This document shows positions 1 to 9,175 of a stretch of 55,167 bases of DNA, in pieces. The stretch covers positions 1-55,167 of the forward strand of contig DASWVC010000231.1 in NCBI GenBank assembly GCA_036401335.1, in the 5' to 3' direction. Position numbers and translations under genes: made by a program. Numbering within the stretch: the stretch's first letter is position 1; every line of letters starts with the position of its first letter. The notes under the pieces were generated by a model. That model ran no database searches. It saw nothing but the letters and a program-made list of their open reading frames with translations, and had not been told where the DNA came from. The stretch is from Chthoniobacterales bacterium. GTDB lineage: Bacteria; Verrucomicrobiota; Verrucomicrobiia; Chthoniobacterales; JAFAMB01.

Positions 1-270
1 CGAGCATTTTACGGCCAAGGTCGCCGGGGATAAGGGTCGTTAATTCGGGATCGGACGGGGGACGTCTTAACGTGCGCAGTTCGTTTACAACCCCGGGAAG
101 CGGACGTATGTATTATTTTATTTTCTAAGTCTACGCACGATCGTGATTTCGGGAGCGCTATGGTCCTTGCCCCGGGAGTAGATGGGCAAAAAGCCGGCGT
201 TTTCCACTCGATCTGATCACCGCGTCGTGCTTAGCTGCGCACCACCACCTTCGGAGCGGAGATACGCCAA

Positions 271-1449
271 TTGGAGTTCGCGGGCCACATATTGATTGCC
301 GACGACGAGTTTGCGTCGCGGCGGACCTTGCAAAGCGCGCTTGCCCGAGCCGGGTACGGCGTCACGGTGGCAGGATCGGGCGAGGAGGCCCTTCAACGGC
401 TTCGTACCGAGGCGTACGACCTCTTGGTCCTGGACTTTGCCATGCCCGACCTGAATGGGATCGAGGTCTGCTCCGCCATCCGGAGCGATCCACGGCTGGC
501 CCAACTCCCGATTATTGTCTTAACCGGGCATTCCGGTGAAGCCGAAGAAATTGGCTGCCTGCAGGCCGGCGCGAACGATTTTGTGACCAAACCCGTGAGC
601 GTTTCGGCGTTGGCGGTGCGGATTCACACGCAGGTGCGCCTCCAGGCACTCGCCTCCGAGCTTCAGGCCCGCAACAGCAAGCTTGAACACTGGCAAGCCT
701 TGCATGAAACTGACCTTAACGCTGCCCGTTTCGTCCAGCAAGCCATCATTCCCACCAAGCTGCCGGCGATCCCAGATTGGGCCGTTCAGGCCTGTTACCA
801 GCCTTTGATTCAGGTCGGCGGAGACATCTGGAACTGGCGGCGATTGCCCCACCGGCGCTGGTTGATCTGGATTGCCGACGCCACAGGCCATGGGGTGGCG
901 GCTGCCTTATACACTTCCCTGATTGCCCTGATCTTTGGCCATGCCTCGGAGGATGCGCAATCCCCGGCCGAGGTCCTTTCCCGGGTCAACGAAGAATTCT
1001 ATTCCGTGTTTCGTGGAAAAGGTTTTTTCACGGCGGCCTGCGCCATCCTGGATCCTGCGGGTCAGGTATTGTACGCGGGCGCGGCGCATCCGCCGGCCAT
1101 TATCCTGCGAAACCAGGACTCGCCTGAGCTCTTGCTTTCCCGGAGCACGCTGGTTGGCCTTTCACCGTTACTCCGGGCCGAGGACATCCAAAAGGAGTTG
1201 GCGCTTCACGAAAGCCTCCTGCTGTACACAGACGGGCTTTACAGCGATGCCATGGGCAGGGGGCGGTTGACCTACCGTGACCTTGTCGCCGCCCTTCCCG
1301 AGGCCCGCACGGAAGTGTCGGGGTTTTTCGGACGGTTAACCGGAGGTCTGCGCGCGCGGTCCGCCGCAGGTGAAGGGTTCACGGATGACGCAACCGGGGT
1401 GCTCATGACCCGCTCCACGGATCCAACCCGGGTCCAGAACTCCGACTGA
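271..1449 (+). CDS. Response-regulator receiver domain fused to PP2C/SpoIIE-type serine phosphatase (RsbU-like)
   Basis: N-terminal REC signature (ILIADDE, DLLVLDFAMPDLNG, TKP). C-terminal SpoIIE/PP2C motifs (GGDIWNW, IADATGHGVAAALYTS, LYTDGL, DDATGVLM). TTG start at 271 with GGAG about 14 nt upstream. Confidence 0.85.
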   Translation: MEFAGHILIADDEFASRRTLQSALARAGYGVTVAGSGEEALQRLRTEAYDLLVLDFAMPDLNGIEVCSAIRSDPRLAQLPIIVLTGHSGEAEEIGCLQAGANDFVTKPVSVSALAVRIHTQVRLQALASELQARNSKLEHWQALHETDLNAARFVQQAIIPTKLPAIPDWAVQACYQPLIQVGGDIWNWRRLPHRRWLIWIADATGHGVAAALYTSLIALIFGHASEDAQSPAEVLSRVNEEFYSVFRGKGFFTAACAILDPAGQVLYAGAAHPPAIILRNQDSPELLLSRSTLVGLSPLLRAEDIQKELALHESLLLYTDGLYSDAMGRGRLTYRDLVAALPEARTEVSGFFGRLTGGLRARSAAGEGFTDDATGVLMTRSTDPTRVQNSD

Positions 1450-1530
1450 TCTGGACGGAATTGGCACCGCAACCACCGCGGGGCGGTTTTGCCTTGAAAA
1501 CGGCCGGAGCGGGTCGAAGCTAGCACTCCG

Positions 1531-3408
1531 ATGAACGTATTCGCGCGGAAGGGTCTGGTGACTCTAGGATTTGCCGCGTTGTTTATGATCTGGGCGGCGG
1601 ACTTCCTGGTGGAGCAGCGCACGTTTCACGGGCTGCAACAAGCCCAGCGACGGGTCGGCCAGCTCAAAGACGCCCGCATGGAGCTGCTGACGTTGGTGGA
1701 GGCTTACGTCAATGCCGAAACCGGGCAGCGCGGCTACCTGCTGACGGGCAACGAAAGCTACCTTGCCCCCTACCTCACGGCGCGCAGCCGCTTGCAAAAT
1801 GCCGCCAGTCACATCCGGGGCGTGCTGACCGAGCAATCGGAGTTGGGAACCATCCTGGACCGCGGCCAGGCAAAGCTCGACGAAATGCAACGGACCATCG
1901 ACCTGCGGCGCACCGGTGGATTGGGCGCCGCTTTGGAACTGGTTCAGACGGGCGCCGGCAAGAACCTGATGGACCAGATTCGCGAGGCGGCTGCCCGCCT
2001 GGATGCCCGCCTGGAAGACAACGCCAACCGCGTCCTGGACGCCGTCAATCGCCAGCGGCAAGAGGCGGAAATAACTTCCTGGGTCTTCAGAGGGGTTGTC
2101 GGGTTGGCGTTGATTGGCGTTTACCTGGCGATCCGCTGGATCTGGCGGCAGCGGGAACTTGTGCTGGAGGCGGAGCAGGAAGCCAAAATCGCCACCCAAC
2201 AGGCCCTTGCGTCCGAGCGGGCCGCGCACAGTGAGGCAGCGCGCGCCAACCAGCTTAAGGATGAGTTTCTCGGGATCGTGTCCCACGAGCTGCGGACCCC
2301 GTTGAGCGCCATACTTACCTGGACCAGCCTCCTGCGAACCGGTCCGGCCGATAACCACGAACTGCAGGAAGGTTTGCAGACGATCGAGCGCAACGCCCGG
2401 GCGCAGGCCCACTTGGTTGACGACCTGTTGGACGTTTCCAGAATCATTTCCGGCAAGGTGCGTCTGCAGGTCAAACCGGTGGACCTGCGCCAGGTCGCGG
2501 CGGCGGTCATTGACGGTTTGCGACCGTCAGCGCAGGCGCGAAGCATCCAGCTTGTTTCGGAGTGGCACGACGCACCGGCGATGTTGATGGGAGATGCGCA
2601 CCGGCTTCAACAGATCGGTTGGAACCTCGTCAGCAACGCCATCAAATTTACCCCACGCCGAGGGCGGGTCTGCGTCAGGATTGCGCAAACCGAGTCCGCC
2701 GTGGAGCTTTCGGTGGAGGATACCGGGAAAGGCATCCGGCGCGAATTTTTAGGCCGGGTCTTTGAACGGTTCTCTCAACAGGACGGGAGCACGACCCGCC
2801 AGAATACCGGGCTGGGGCTAGGGCTGGCGATTGCCCGGCATTTGGTGGAGCTGCACGGAGGCACGATTTCCGCCGAGAGCCGGGGCGAAGGCCAAGGCAC
2901 CACGTTTCGGGTCCAAATCCCGGTAGCGGCAGTAGCAGAACTTGCCCCGAACCGCTCAGAACCGGCCTCCAATGCCGCCTCCCCGGTCCCGGCAGAACGC
3001 CTCGGCTCAAGCCTGCACGGGCTGCGCGTGCTGGCCGTGGAAGACCAAGCCGACGCGCGCGCCGCGTACATTCGCATCCTCGGACGGGCCGGCGCCGAGG
3101 TCCGGACCGCCGACAGTGTGGCCGGCGCCCTCGCCATCCTGGCAGGATGGAAACCGGAAGTGATTGTGTCCGACATCGGGATGCCAGGCGAAGACGGTTA
3201 TTCGTTCGTGAAAACGCTCCGCTCCCGACCGCCCGATCAAGGGGGTCTCATTCCTGCCCTCGCCTTAACCGCCTTCGCAAAGCAGGAAGACAAACGGCGC
3301 GCCCTCGCAGCCGGCTTTAACGGGCACATGGCCAAGCCGGTCGACATGCACGAACTCACCCGACGGGTGGCCGAATTGGCTTCTGGACCTTCAAGCAAAC
3401 ATGAATGA
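1531..3408 (+). CDS. CHASE3-domain hybrid sensor histidine kinase / response regulator
   Basis: N-terminal TM helix, CHASE3-like block (VEAYVNAETGQRGYLLTGNESYLAPY), second TM helix and a coiled coil. H-box SHELRTPL, N/G boxes (NAIKFT, DTGKGI, GLGLGLAI). C-terminal receiver (LAVEDQ, VSDIGMPGEDG, AKP). Confidence 0.9.
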   Translation: MNVFARKGLVTLGFAALFMIWAADFLVEQRTFHGLQQAQRRVGQLKDARMELLTLVEAYVNAETGQRGYLLTGNESYLAPYLTARSRLQNAASHIRGVLTEQSELGTILDRGQAKLDEMQRTIDLRRTGGLGAALELVQTGAGKNLMDQIREAAARLDARLEDNANRVLDAVNRQRQEAEITSWVFRGVVGLALIGVYLAIRWIWRQRELVLEAEQEAKIATQQALASERAAHSEAARANQLKDEFLGIVSHELRTPLSAILTWTSLLRTGPADNHELQEGLQTIERNARAQAHLVDDLLDVSRIISGKVRLQVKPVDLRQVAAAVIDGLRPSAQARSIQLVSEWHDAPAMLMGDAHRLQQIGWNLVSNAIKFTPRRGRVCVRIAQTESAVELSVEDTGKGIRREFLGRVFERFSQQDGSTTRQNTGLGLGLAIARHLVELHGGTISAESRGEGQGTTFRVQIPVAAVAELAPNRSEPASNAASPVPAERLGSSLHGLRVLAVEDQADARAAYIRILGRAGAEVRTADSVAGALAILAGWKPEVIVSDIGMPGEDGYSFVKTLRSRPPDQGGLIPALALTAFAKQEDKRRALAAGFNGHMAKPVDMHELTRRVAELASGPSSKHE

Positions 3409-4123
3409 GCCGGGCCCTGCGCACCATACGGCGGTTCAACCGGGCGGTGAACCCGGGCTTCCCTGGCCAACCTTCGTGCGGGCCATCCGCCGTCTCTCCC
3501 ACAATGTTCGCAACCACCTTAACACCGCCGGGCTGGAAGTCTCGTTCGCTCAGGAGGTGACGACCGACCCGGAGGTGGGCGACAGCCTGGCCATGTTGAA
3601 ACAGCAACTGACCAAGATCAGGGCGGAGCTGGACCACTTGCTGGACCGCGTCGTACAGCCTGGCCTGCAAGTAAGCGAAGTGCGGGCCGATGAGCTTTTC
3701 GAGGAGCTTCAGCGAGATGTTCAGAACTACTTGAGCACGGCTGCGCCGGTCACCTGGGAGCTGATTGCACCTGGATCCATGCCGGTGGTGGCCGACCTGG
3801 ATTTGACGTTCCGGGTCGTTCGGGAACTGCTCGATAACGCTTTGCGCCACCGGAGCAACGAAGCACGTCCGATCCAGGTGCGAGGCGTCGGCAGCGCCAG
3901 TTATTTCGCCCTGGAAATAGCCGAGCCCAAGAGAGATCAGCCCGCCATTGGCCAATGGGGAAAAGAACCTTTTACCGGCACCGATCCCACCAGGTACGGC
4001 TTGGGCCTGTGGTCGGCAGAGCGATGGCTGCTGGCAATGGAGGGAAGGTTGGTTCGTGAGTACGACGCGGACCGGCGCTTGCTGGTGACAAAGGTAATGC
4101 TAAGGACAAAAGTACATCCATGA
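3401..4123 (+). CDS. Soluble histidine-kinase-like protein with degenerate ATP-lid (G1) box
   Basis: ATG 3401 overlaps the stop of the upstream kinase by 8 nt. No TM segment. H-box-like LSHNVRNHLN, N-box ELLDNALRH, G2-like YGLGLW. The DxGxG position reads EIAEPKRD. Confidence 0.6.
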   Translation: MNEPGPAHHTAVQPGGEPGLPWPTFVRAIRRLSHNVRNHLNTAGLEVSFAQEVTTDPEVGDSLAMLKQQLTKIRAELDHLLDRVVQPGLQVSEVRADELFEELQRDVQNYLSTAAPVTWELIAPGSMPVVADLDLTFRVVRELLDNALRHRSNEARPIQVRGVGSASYFALEIAEPKRDQPAIGQWGKEPFTGTDPTRYGLGLWSAERWLLAMEGRLVREYDADRRLLVTKVMLRTKVHP

Positions 4124-4713
4124 GCTACGCCTACGAATGGGATAACGGTCAACAACTGGTGGTGGAAAATGACGGGGCCCGTACGCTGGTTGCGTTGAGC
4201 TCGCGCAGCGAAGGGCAACGACAAAGCCAGACGGTTGGGTTCGACACCGGGCCTTGGTCGGCGTCTCCGCTGCTTTTCCGGATGCACACCGACCTGGTCT
4301 TGTGCATTGAAGCTCAATCCAGTCCCCAATTCCTGCTGGTGCGCGCAGGTACCGTGCGGCGCTTGGACGACCAGCCAGACCTCAATCAGGCCGAAAAGTT
4401 GTCCCTTCATCCGACCGAACGGCCGGTGACCATGAAGCCGCTCGAGCCCATGAAACCCCTGGCGCCCCTTAAACCGCTGGAACCGATCCCGCCCATGGAA
4501 CCGATGAAACCGATGGCGCCGCTGAGACCAATGCCTCCCATGGAAATGCAGCTGGGCGACATGCGCATGAGCATGGGAGGCAATAAACCGGTCGGGGAAC
4601 GGAAGCCAACTGAGGAACGGGCACTTCGTTTTTGCACCCAGTGCGGCGAACCCGTGCAGGAAAGCGACCGTTTTTGCGGGCAGTGCGGCCAGCCCCTCAG
4701 GGCCACCCACTGA
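4120..4713 (+). CDS. Zinc-ribbon protein with central [M/L/I]-x-P tripeptide repeat tract
   Basis: ATGA start/stop overlap with the upstream gene. C-terminal double CxxC (FCTQCGEPVQESDRFCGQCG). Twelve consecutive hydrophobic-x-Pro triplets at aa 105-140. Confidence 0.6.
   Translation: MSYAYEWDNGQQLVVENDGARTLVALSSRSEGQRQSQTVGFDTGPWSASPLLFRMHTDLVLCIEAQSSPQFLLVRAGTVRRLDDQPDLNQAEKLSLHPTERPVTMKPLEPMKPLAPLKPLEPIPPMEPMKPMAPLRPMPPMEMQLGDMRMSMGGNKPVGERKPTEERALRFCTQCGEPVQESDRFCGQCGQPLRATH
4432..4539 (+). repeat. 9-bp-periodic coding tandem repeat (12 units)
   Basis: Encodes MKP LEP MKP LAP LKP LEP IPP MEP MKP MAP LRP MPP. The DNA units are variants of ATGAAACCG / CTGGAACCG. Confidence 0.8.
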
Positions 4714-4732
4714 GGCCAGCTCGAAGCGCCTC

Positions 4733-5710
4733 TCAGTGGAGCAACGTTTCCGTGGTGCCAAGTTCTTCAGGCGTAAGCGCTCCCAGGAGAAGGGCGGCGA
4801 CGTTTTCCTCAACTTGCTTGACCGTCCGAAATCCCGGTATTGGAATGGTCCGTGGACTGCGTGCCCAGATCCACGCTAAAGCACCCTGAGCAAAGGTTCG
4901 TCCACTCCCGGTAAGGATTTCGCGAAGACGGGCAACGCGTTCCAGCCACTCCTCGCGGGGTTGGCCATGATCGAAATAACGAAGCCAGGCTGGTTGATTG
5001 CCACGGATGTCATCTGCCTGCAGCCGTGCCTGCGCGTCGAACTTGCCCGTTAGCAGTCCCATTGCCAACGGCGACCGGTTGATGCTGGCAAGCCCGCGTT
5101 CCTCGCAGAAGGAGAGCATCTCCGGAGCATCAATAAACACGCTTAACTCATGCTGCACCGCCACATTGTGAGGCCCGACGGCGAAGATTTTGGCGCGCTC
5201 GGGAAAGTCCGTGCTCCAACCGTACGCGCGGATCTTGCCGTCTGAAATGAGTTCCTCGAGGGTGTCTCGGACTTCAGGCGCTTTTGTCGGATCGTAATCG
5301 TTGAGGTGGAACTGGTAGAGGTCGATGTAATCCGTACCGAGCCGTTTCAGGCTGGCGTCGCAGGCCCGACGGATTGCTTCCGGGCGCGCGTCCTGCCCCA
5401 GTTTTTGCCGGGTGGATTCATCAAACGTATTGCCAAACTTGGTGGCCACCAACACCCGGCTGCGCACCCCTTGCAGGGCGCGGCCCAACACCCGTTCGCT
5501 GTGGCCACAGCCATAAACGTCGGCGGTATCAAACAACGCCACACCCAAATCCAAGGCTTTGTGAATCGCCGTAACCGACTCTTCGTCGTTAACCGCTCCC
5601 CAGCCAAGGGGTTGGGGGCCGTCCCAATACGGTCCGCCAATGGCCCAACACCCCATGCCAATGGCCGGAATTTCATTTGCCCCAAGGTACCGGGTAAGAG
5701 GGATGCTCAT
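4733..5710 (-). CDS. Aldo/keto reductase
   Basis: Full-length AKR pattern (IGMGCWAIGG, FDTADVYG.GHSE, KFG, IDLYQFH, GWS, NRSPLAMGLLTGK). Confidence 0.9.
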   Translation of the reverse strand: MSIPLTRYLGANEIPAIGMGCWAIGGPYWDGPQPLGWGAVNDEESVTAIHKALDLGVALFDTADVYGCGHSERVLGRALQGVRSRVLVATKFGNTFDESTRQKLGQDARPEAIRRACDASLKRLGTDYIDLYQFHLNDYDPTKAPEVRDTLEELISDGKIRAYGWSTDFPERAKIFAVGPHNVAVQHELSVFIDAPEMLSFCEERGLASINRSPLAMGLLTGKFDAQARLQADDIRGNQPAWLRYFDHGQPREEWLERVARLREILTGSGRTFAQGALAWIWARSPRTIPIPGFRTVKQVEENVAALLLGALTPEELGTTETLLH

Positions 5711-5902
5711 GCACCTGCGCTCGCCGATCTTCCGGGCCGCGTCCAGCCTTTACCTTCCAAAAAATCACCAGCAACGACCAAAGCGCCTCAGACCGTGCTC
5801 CGCGGCCTGACCTCACACCCTGGCACACCCAAAGCACCCGGCCTGAACCCGGCAATCTCTCCTTGCATTTGGATGCGGGGCCGGGATTTTTAACCCATCA
5901 CC

Positions 5903-6322
5903 ATGAACCCGCCCACAAGTGCCCTGCCCCGTTTTCAACATGTAACCGTCATGTTTTCTCCCGGCCAGGAACAAACGCTCCGTGATTTTTATCTCGGGGT
6001 GATGGGCTTTCGGGAAAAACCGGTTCCCCGGGTTGTTAAACCGCTTGGCTGGATCTGGTTCCACACCGGCGTCGAAGGGGTCGAGCTGCACTGCGTACCG
6101 GACCCGGAGCCCAACCCGGCGGACTCCAAACACCATTTTTGCCTGCAGATCGATGACCTGGAGGGGTGCCGGGCGCGCCTTCAAGGCAACGGTTACCAGG
6201 TCCAGGAAGCACGGGCTTTGCCGCTCCGGCCGCGATTCTTCACGCGCGACCCGTTCAATAACCTGATCGAAGTGGTCCGTGTGGAGGGCGATTACGTTGC
6301 CGCCGGCGAAGCTGCTGAATAG
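5903..6322 (+). CDS. VOC / glyoxalase-bleomycin-resistance family protein
   Basis: 139 aa. FQHVTV...FYLGVMGF at the N-terminus, H.C.QIDDL and DPFNNLIE motifs typical of the vicinal-oxygen-chelate fold. Confidence 0.75.
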   Translation: MNPPTSALPRFQHVTVMFSPGQEQTLRDFYLGVMGFREKPVPRVVKPLGWIWFHTGVEGVELHCVPDPEPNPADSKHHFCLQIDDLEGCRARLQGNGYQVQEARALPLRPRFFTRDPFNNLIEVVRVEGDYVAAGEAAE

Positions 6323-6715
6323 GTCGGGTAAGCGTGACGAAACGGCCGCTTGAGGAGGTCGCCTAGAGACAAGCTCCCCTCCCGGAGAAGGCGCCGCCCC
6401 GGAGGGAGAAGTGTTTCGGAACGCACGGCGGCCAAACGGCCGGGAGGGGGCGTTTGCGGCGCTTGGAGATCTCGGTCCGGTTTAAGTTAACGCTCATGGG
6501 ACTCGCCGCCCTGCCAGCCGGGCCAATCCCAGGCCTATTTCACCCCGAACCCCCTTATTTTAGTGGCATTGCACCGGCACCTTCTTCCGCGGGGTCAGCC
6601 AGGCATTGCCAACCTGGCTGGAGGCCGCGTGGGGGACCCGGGACCCCGTCAACCCACCTGCGATCATATTGCGACAGAGTTTTAGCAAGCTGGTACGGTC
6701 GTATCACCGGTGAAT

Positions 6716-7819
6716 CTAGCCGGCATTCTGCGGCGCAAGTTTCTGGATGGCAGGGGTATCGCCGCCCAGCCAATCCGGGTGTTTTGCGGTGCTGTCGAAA
6801 TGTGAAGTCGTCTTAAACAGCTCGTACTCCCCGGCCATCGCCGCCGACTGCGTCTTGGCAATAAGTGCTGCCAAGCTCTGCTCGTCGAAGGGACGGAACG
6901 TTTTTACCGCTTCGAAAGCCTGATCCAACACCTTCTGGTTATCGATGCCGGTGATGACGACCGACGTCGGCAGGTTGAGCGAATAGTGCAGGCATTCAAG
7001 CGGCTCAACGCTCTTGCTTTTCAGGATGACGCCGTCCGCTCCGCCAAACGTTTTCATCCCCAAGACGCCGATCTGCTCGTCCACCAGCTTAGGCACCACG
7101 AGTTGGGCAAAGCTGCGAAAATGGGCGTCCATCACGTTCAACGGCATTTGCACGGTGTCGAAATGAAACCCGTGCCGCGCCGCCGTCTCCAGCATGTAAA
7201 GGTGGATGCGGGGATCTTTGTGGCCCGTGAAACCGATGTAACGAATTTTGCCGGCCTTTTTCGCCGCCAGAAACGCTTCCATGGACCCGCCTTCGGCGAA
7301 GATCCGGTCCGGGTCGTCAAAACGCAGCACTTCATGGTGCTGCAGCAGGTCGATGTGATCGGTCTTCAATCTTTCCAGGGACGTATCGATCTGGCGCGCG
7401 GCCTCCTCCTTCGTGCGGCCGTCGATCTTGGTCATCAAAAAAACCTTGTCCCGGTACCCTCCCTGGGAGAGCGCCTGGCCCATGCGCATTTCACTTTGCC
7501 CCTCGTTGTAATCCCAGGAGTTGTCCATGAAGGTAATGCCGCGGTCGATGGCTTCATGGATAAGGCGAATGGTTTCGGCCTCCGGTACCGCTGGCTTGGC
7601 CAGGTGTGAGCCGCCGAGCCCGATCGCCGAAACGCGTTCACCGGTGCGGCCAAGGGTCCGGTAAAGCATCTCGCCGCGGAGTTCTCCCGGATCGGTGAGT
7701 CGAGGCAAACCGTTCGTGGGTGGAGCGGCCGGAGCGGCGGCTGTCTGCGTCCTGGCAGGCACGACGGATGAAGTTAGGCCTAAGGCGGCCGCAGCCTTGA
7801 TGAAGTGACGTCTGTCCAT
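6716..7819 (-). CDS. Tat-signal aldo/keto reductase (exported)
   Basis: N-terminal twin-arginine signal MDRRHFIKAAAALGL followed by an AKR core (FMDNSWDYNEGQSE, IDLLQHHE, IGFTGHK). Confidence 0.85.
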   Translation of the reverse strand: MDRRHFIKAAAALGLTSSVVPARTQTAAAPAAPPTNGLPRLTDPGELRGEMLYRTLGRTGERVSAIGLGGSHLAKPAVPEAETIRLIHEAIDRGITFMDNSWDYNEGQSEMRMGQALSQGGYRDKVFLMTKIDGRTKEEAARQIDTSLERLKTDHIDLLQHHEVLRFDDPDRIFAEGGSMEAFLAAKKAGKIRYIGFTGHKDPRIHLYMLETAARHGFHFDTVQMPLNVMDAHFRSFAQLVVPKLVDEQIGVLGMKTFGGADGVILKSKSVEPLECLHYSLNLPTSVVITGIDNQKVLDQAFEAVKTFRPFDEQSLAALIAKTQSAAMAGEYELFKTTSHFDSTAKHPDWLGGDTPAIQKLAPQNAG

Positions 7820-8198
7820 GGTTCTGTTCCGGTAGAAGCTGTTTGCTGTTCATCCCTAACGTGCCCCTGAACCTGGCCATGGACAAGGTGCCTAAGGCAC
7901 TCGGTTTGGGTTGCTTCGCGTCACAGGGCTATCTGGTGCGGAAAACGTGGACAGAGCCGCGACGCATCAAGATCGCCCGTTCGAGCATAAAAGGTCATCC
8001 TGCCGTTCCAAGCGCAGACGGCAGATCCTGCAACTGCGGGTCCTCACAGACCTCGGCCCAGGTGATTTTGCCGTGCAGCAGCATTCGACAGGGTACGTGG
8101 GGATGCAGCTGGTCGGCAAGCGGCATGCGTGCGCGTCGCGCCAGACGAAAAGGGCTTGCCGGTTCTCCGGCAGGCCCTGAACTCATGGCGAACGGTTC

Positions 8199-8459
8199 CT
8201 ACCGTCCTCCGTCATCGTGCCACCGGTGCATGCGGCGGTAGCGATGGCCGTTTCGGTAAACGTAATAAGGGCCGTCATCCTGGCGGTAATCGCGATGGTA
8301 ATAACGTGGACCGTGCCGGTAATAGCCGTCGGAGTACCCGTCCTGATTGTAGTAAGCTCCCGGTCCAATGGACAGCCTGACGCCGTCCGCTTGAGATGGC
8401 GTGGGAGTTGCGAAGAGGAGCGCAAATGCGCCCAGGCTGAGAAGGAAGATTTTTTTCAT
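8199..8459 (-). CDS. Small secreted Tyr/Arg/Asp/His-rich protein
   Basis: Clear signal peptide MKKIFLLSLGAFALLFATPTPSQA. The 60-aa mature part is dominated by Y, R, D, G and H (GYY, RYY, PYY, HRY motifs). Confidence 0.55.
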   Translation of the reverse strand: MKKIFLLSLGAFALLFATPTPSQADGVRLSIGPGAYYNQDGYSDGYYRHGPRYYHRDYRQDDGPYYVYRNGHRYRRMHRWHDDGGR

Positions 8460-8530
8460 TGGTAGTTCTGGTTTAAGGGAAGTGTCCCTTACCCGTGGTG
8501 AGGATCGGGATGGGTGCGGGCCGCGAAAGG

Positions 8531-9046
8531 TCAGTTCCGTTTTACGGTCACCTTCTGGTTGGTTTGCCGGTCGAGGTAGACTTCTTTCCTGCCTTTTTTC
8601 TCGAGTAATTGGTACCGGGGGGCATTCCCTTGCACCTGATCGTAGGTGACCATGGTCTGGGTGGAATCCAGGGCTGGTTCGGTCGCCTGCATCGGCTTCT
8701 CGACCGTGGTGGTGGTGGTGGTGGCCGGCGCTTGCATCACCGTGGTGGTGGAAGCGGGCGCTCGAACGGTCGTGGTGGTGGTTGCGGCAGGCGCCTGGAC
8801 CATGGCTCCGGAGTCATCGACATAAACCACGCGCGGGCCGGCGGTACCGTGAACGGTCACGGCATAAACGCCGCTGTCGCGGGTAACGCGGGTGACGCTG
8901 GTTCCGTCAGGAATCCGTGTCTCGCGGATGACGGTGGTCTGGACGGTTTTAGGCAACGTGGTAAACTGGATTTCGTCGGCGGCAGCAACCGCTTGAAGGC
9001 AAAGGCTGAGCCCGGTGACAGCAACCACGCTTAAGATGTGATTCAT
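8531..9046 (-). CDS. Secreted protein with Thr-rich QAPA-T(n)-V repeats
   Basis: Signal peptide MNHILSVVAVTGLSLCLQAVAAA. Three tandem repeats, VQAPAATTTTTV / RAPASTTTV / MQAPATTTTTTV, at nt 8702-8800. Confidence 0.6.
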   Translation of the reverse strand: MNHILSVVAVTGLSLCLQAVAAADEIQFTTLPKTVQTTVIRETRIPDGTSVTRVTRDSGVYAVTVHGTAGPRVVYVDDSGAMVQAPAATTTTTVRAPASTTTVMQAPATTTTTTVEKPMQATEPALDSTQTMVTYDQVQGNAPRYQLLEKKGRKEVYLDRQTNQKVTVKRN

Positions 9047-9175
9047 ATTTATTATATATACAATAAATATGATAGGTCCGATGTTCCGGTTTGCAAGTCG
9101 TTTTCCGGGTCAGCTCCCGGCTTTTTCCCGGTCCCCCAAACGGCGGTGGCCCAGGATGCGTGCCTGCTGACCGGC

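Noticed and set aside
84-112. Sigma-70-like hexamers TTTACA-N17-TATGTA in the AT-rich patch upstream of the first gene.
   Set aside because: They are plausible but about 160 nt from the start codon and unsupported by anything else. Not reported as a feature.
3937-4812. 291-aa ORF on the minus strand spanning the zinc-ribbon gene.
   Set aside because: The plus-strand frame has a zinc ribbon, a strict triplet repeat and an ATGA coupling to its upstream gene. The minus frame is His/Arg/Gly low-complexity.
6322-6715. 394-nt convergent spacer with a C/G-rich hairpin (CTCCCCTCCCGG 6374-6385 / CCGGAGGGAG 6399-6408) and a 120-aa ORF (6454-6816).
   Set aside because: The hairpin is bulged and lacks a T-tract. 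The ORF overlaps the aldo/keto reductase 3' end and is Pro/Gly/Arg/Ser low-complexity. No ncRNA signature recognised.
7820-8198. About 380-nt gap with weak ORFs. The 63-aa minus-strand ORF (7995-8186) ends ...VPCRMLLHGKITWAEVCEDPQLQDLPSALGTAG, faintly like a DUF433 C-terminus. It is followed by an ATGA-coupled 25-codon stub, so I considered a decayed DUF433/DUF5615-type pair.
   Set aside because: The similarity comes from memory of a loose motif only, the partner stub is too short, and overlapping ORFs on the other strand are equally long. It needs a profile search before any call.
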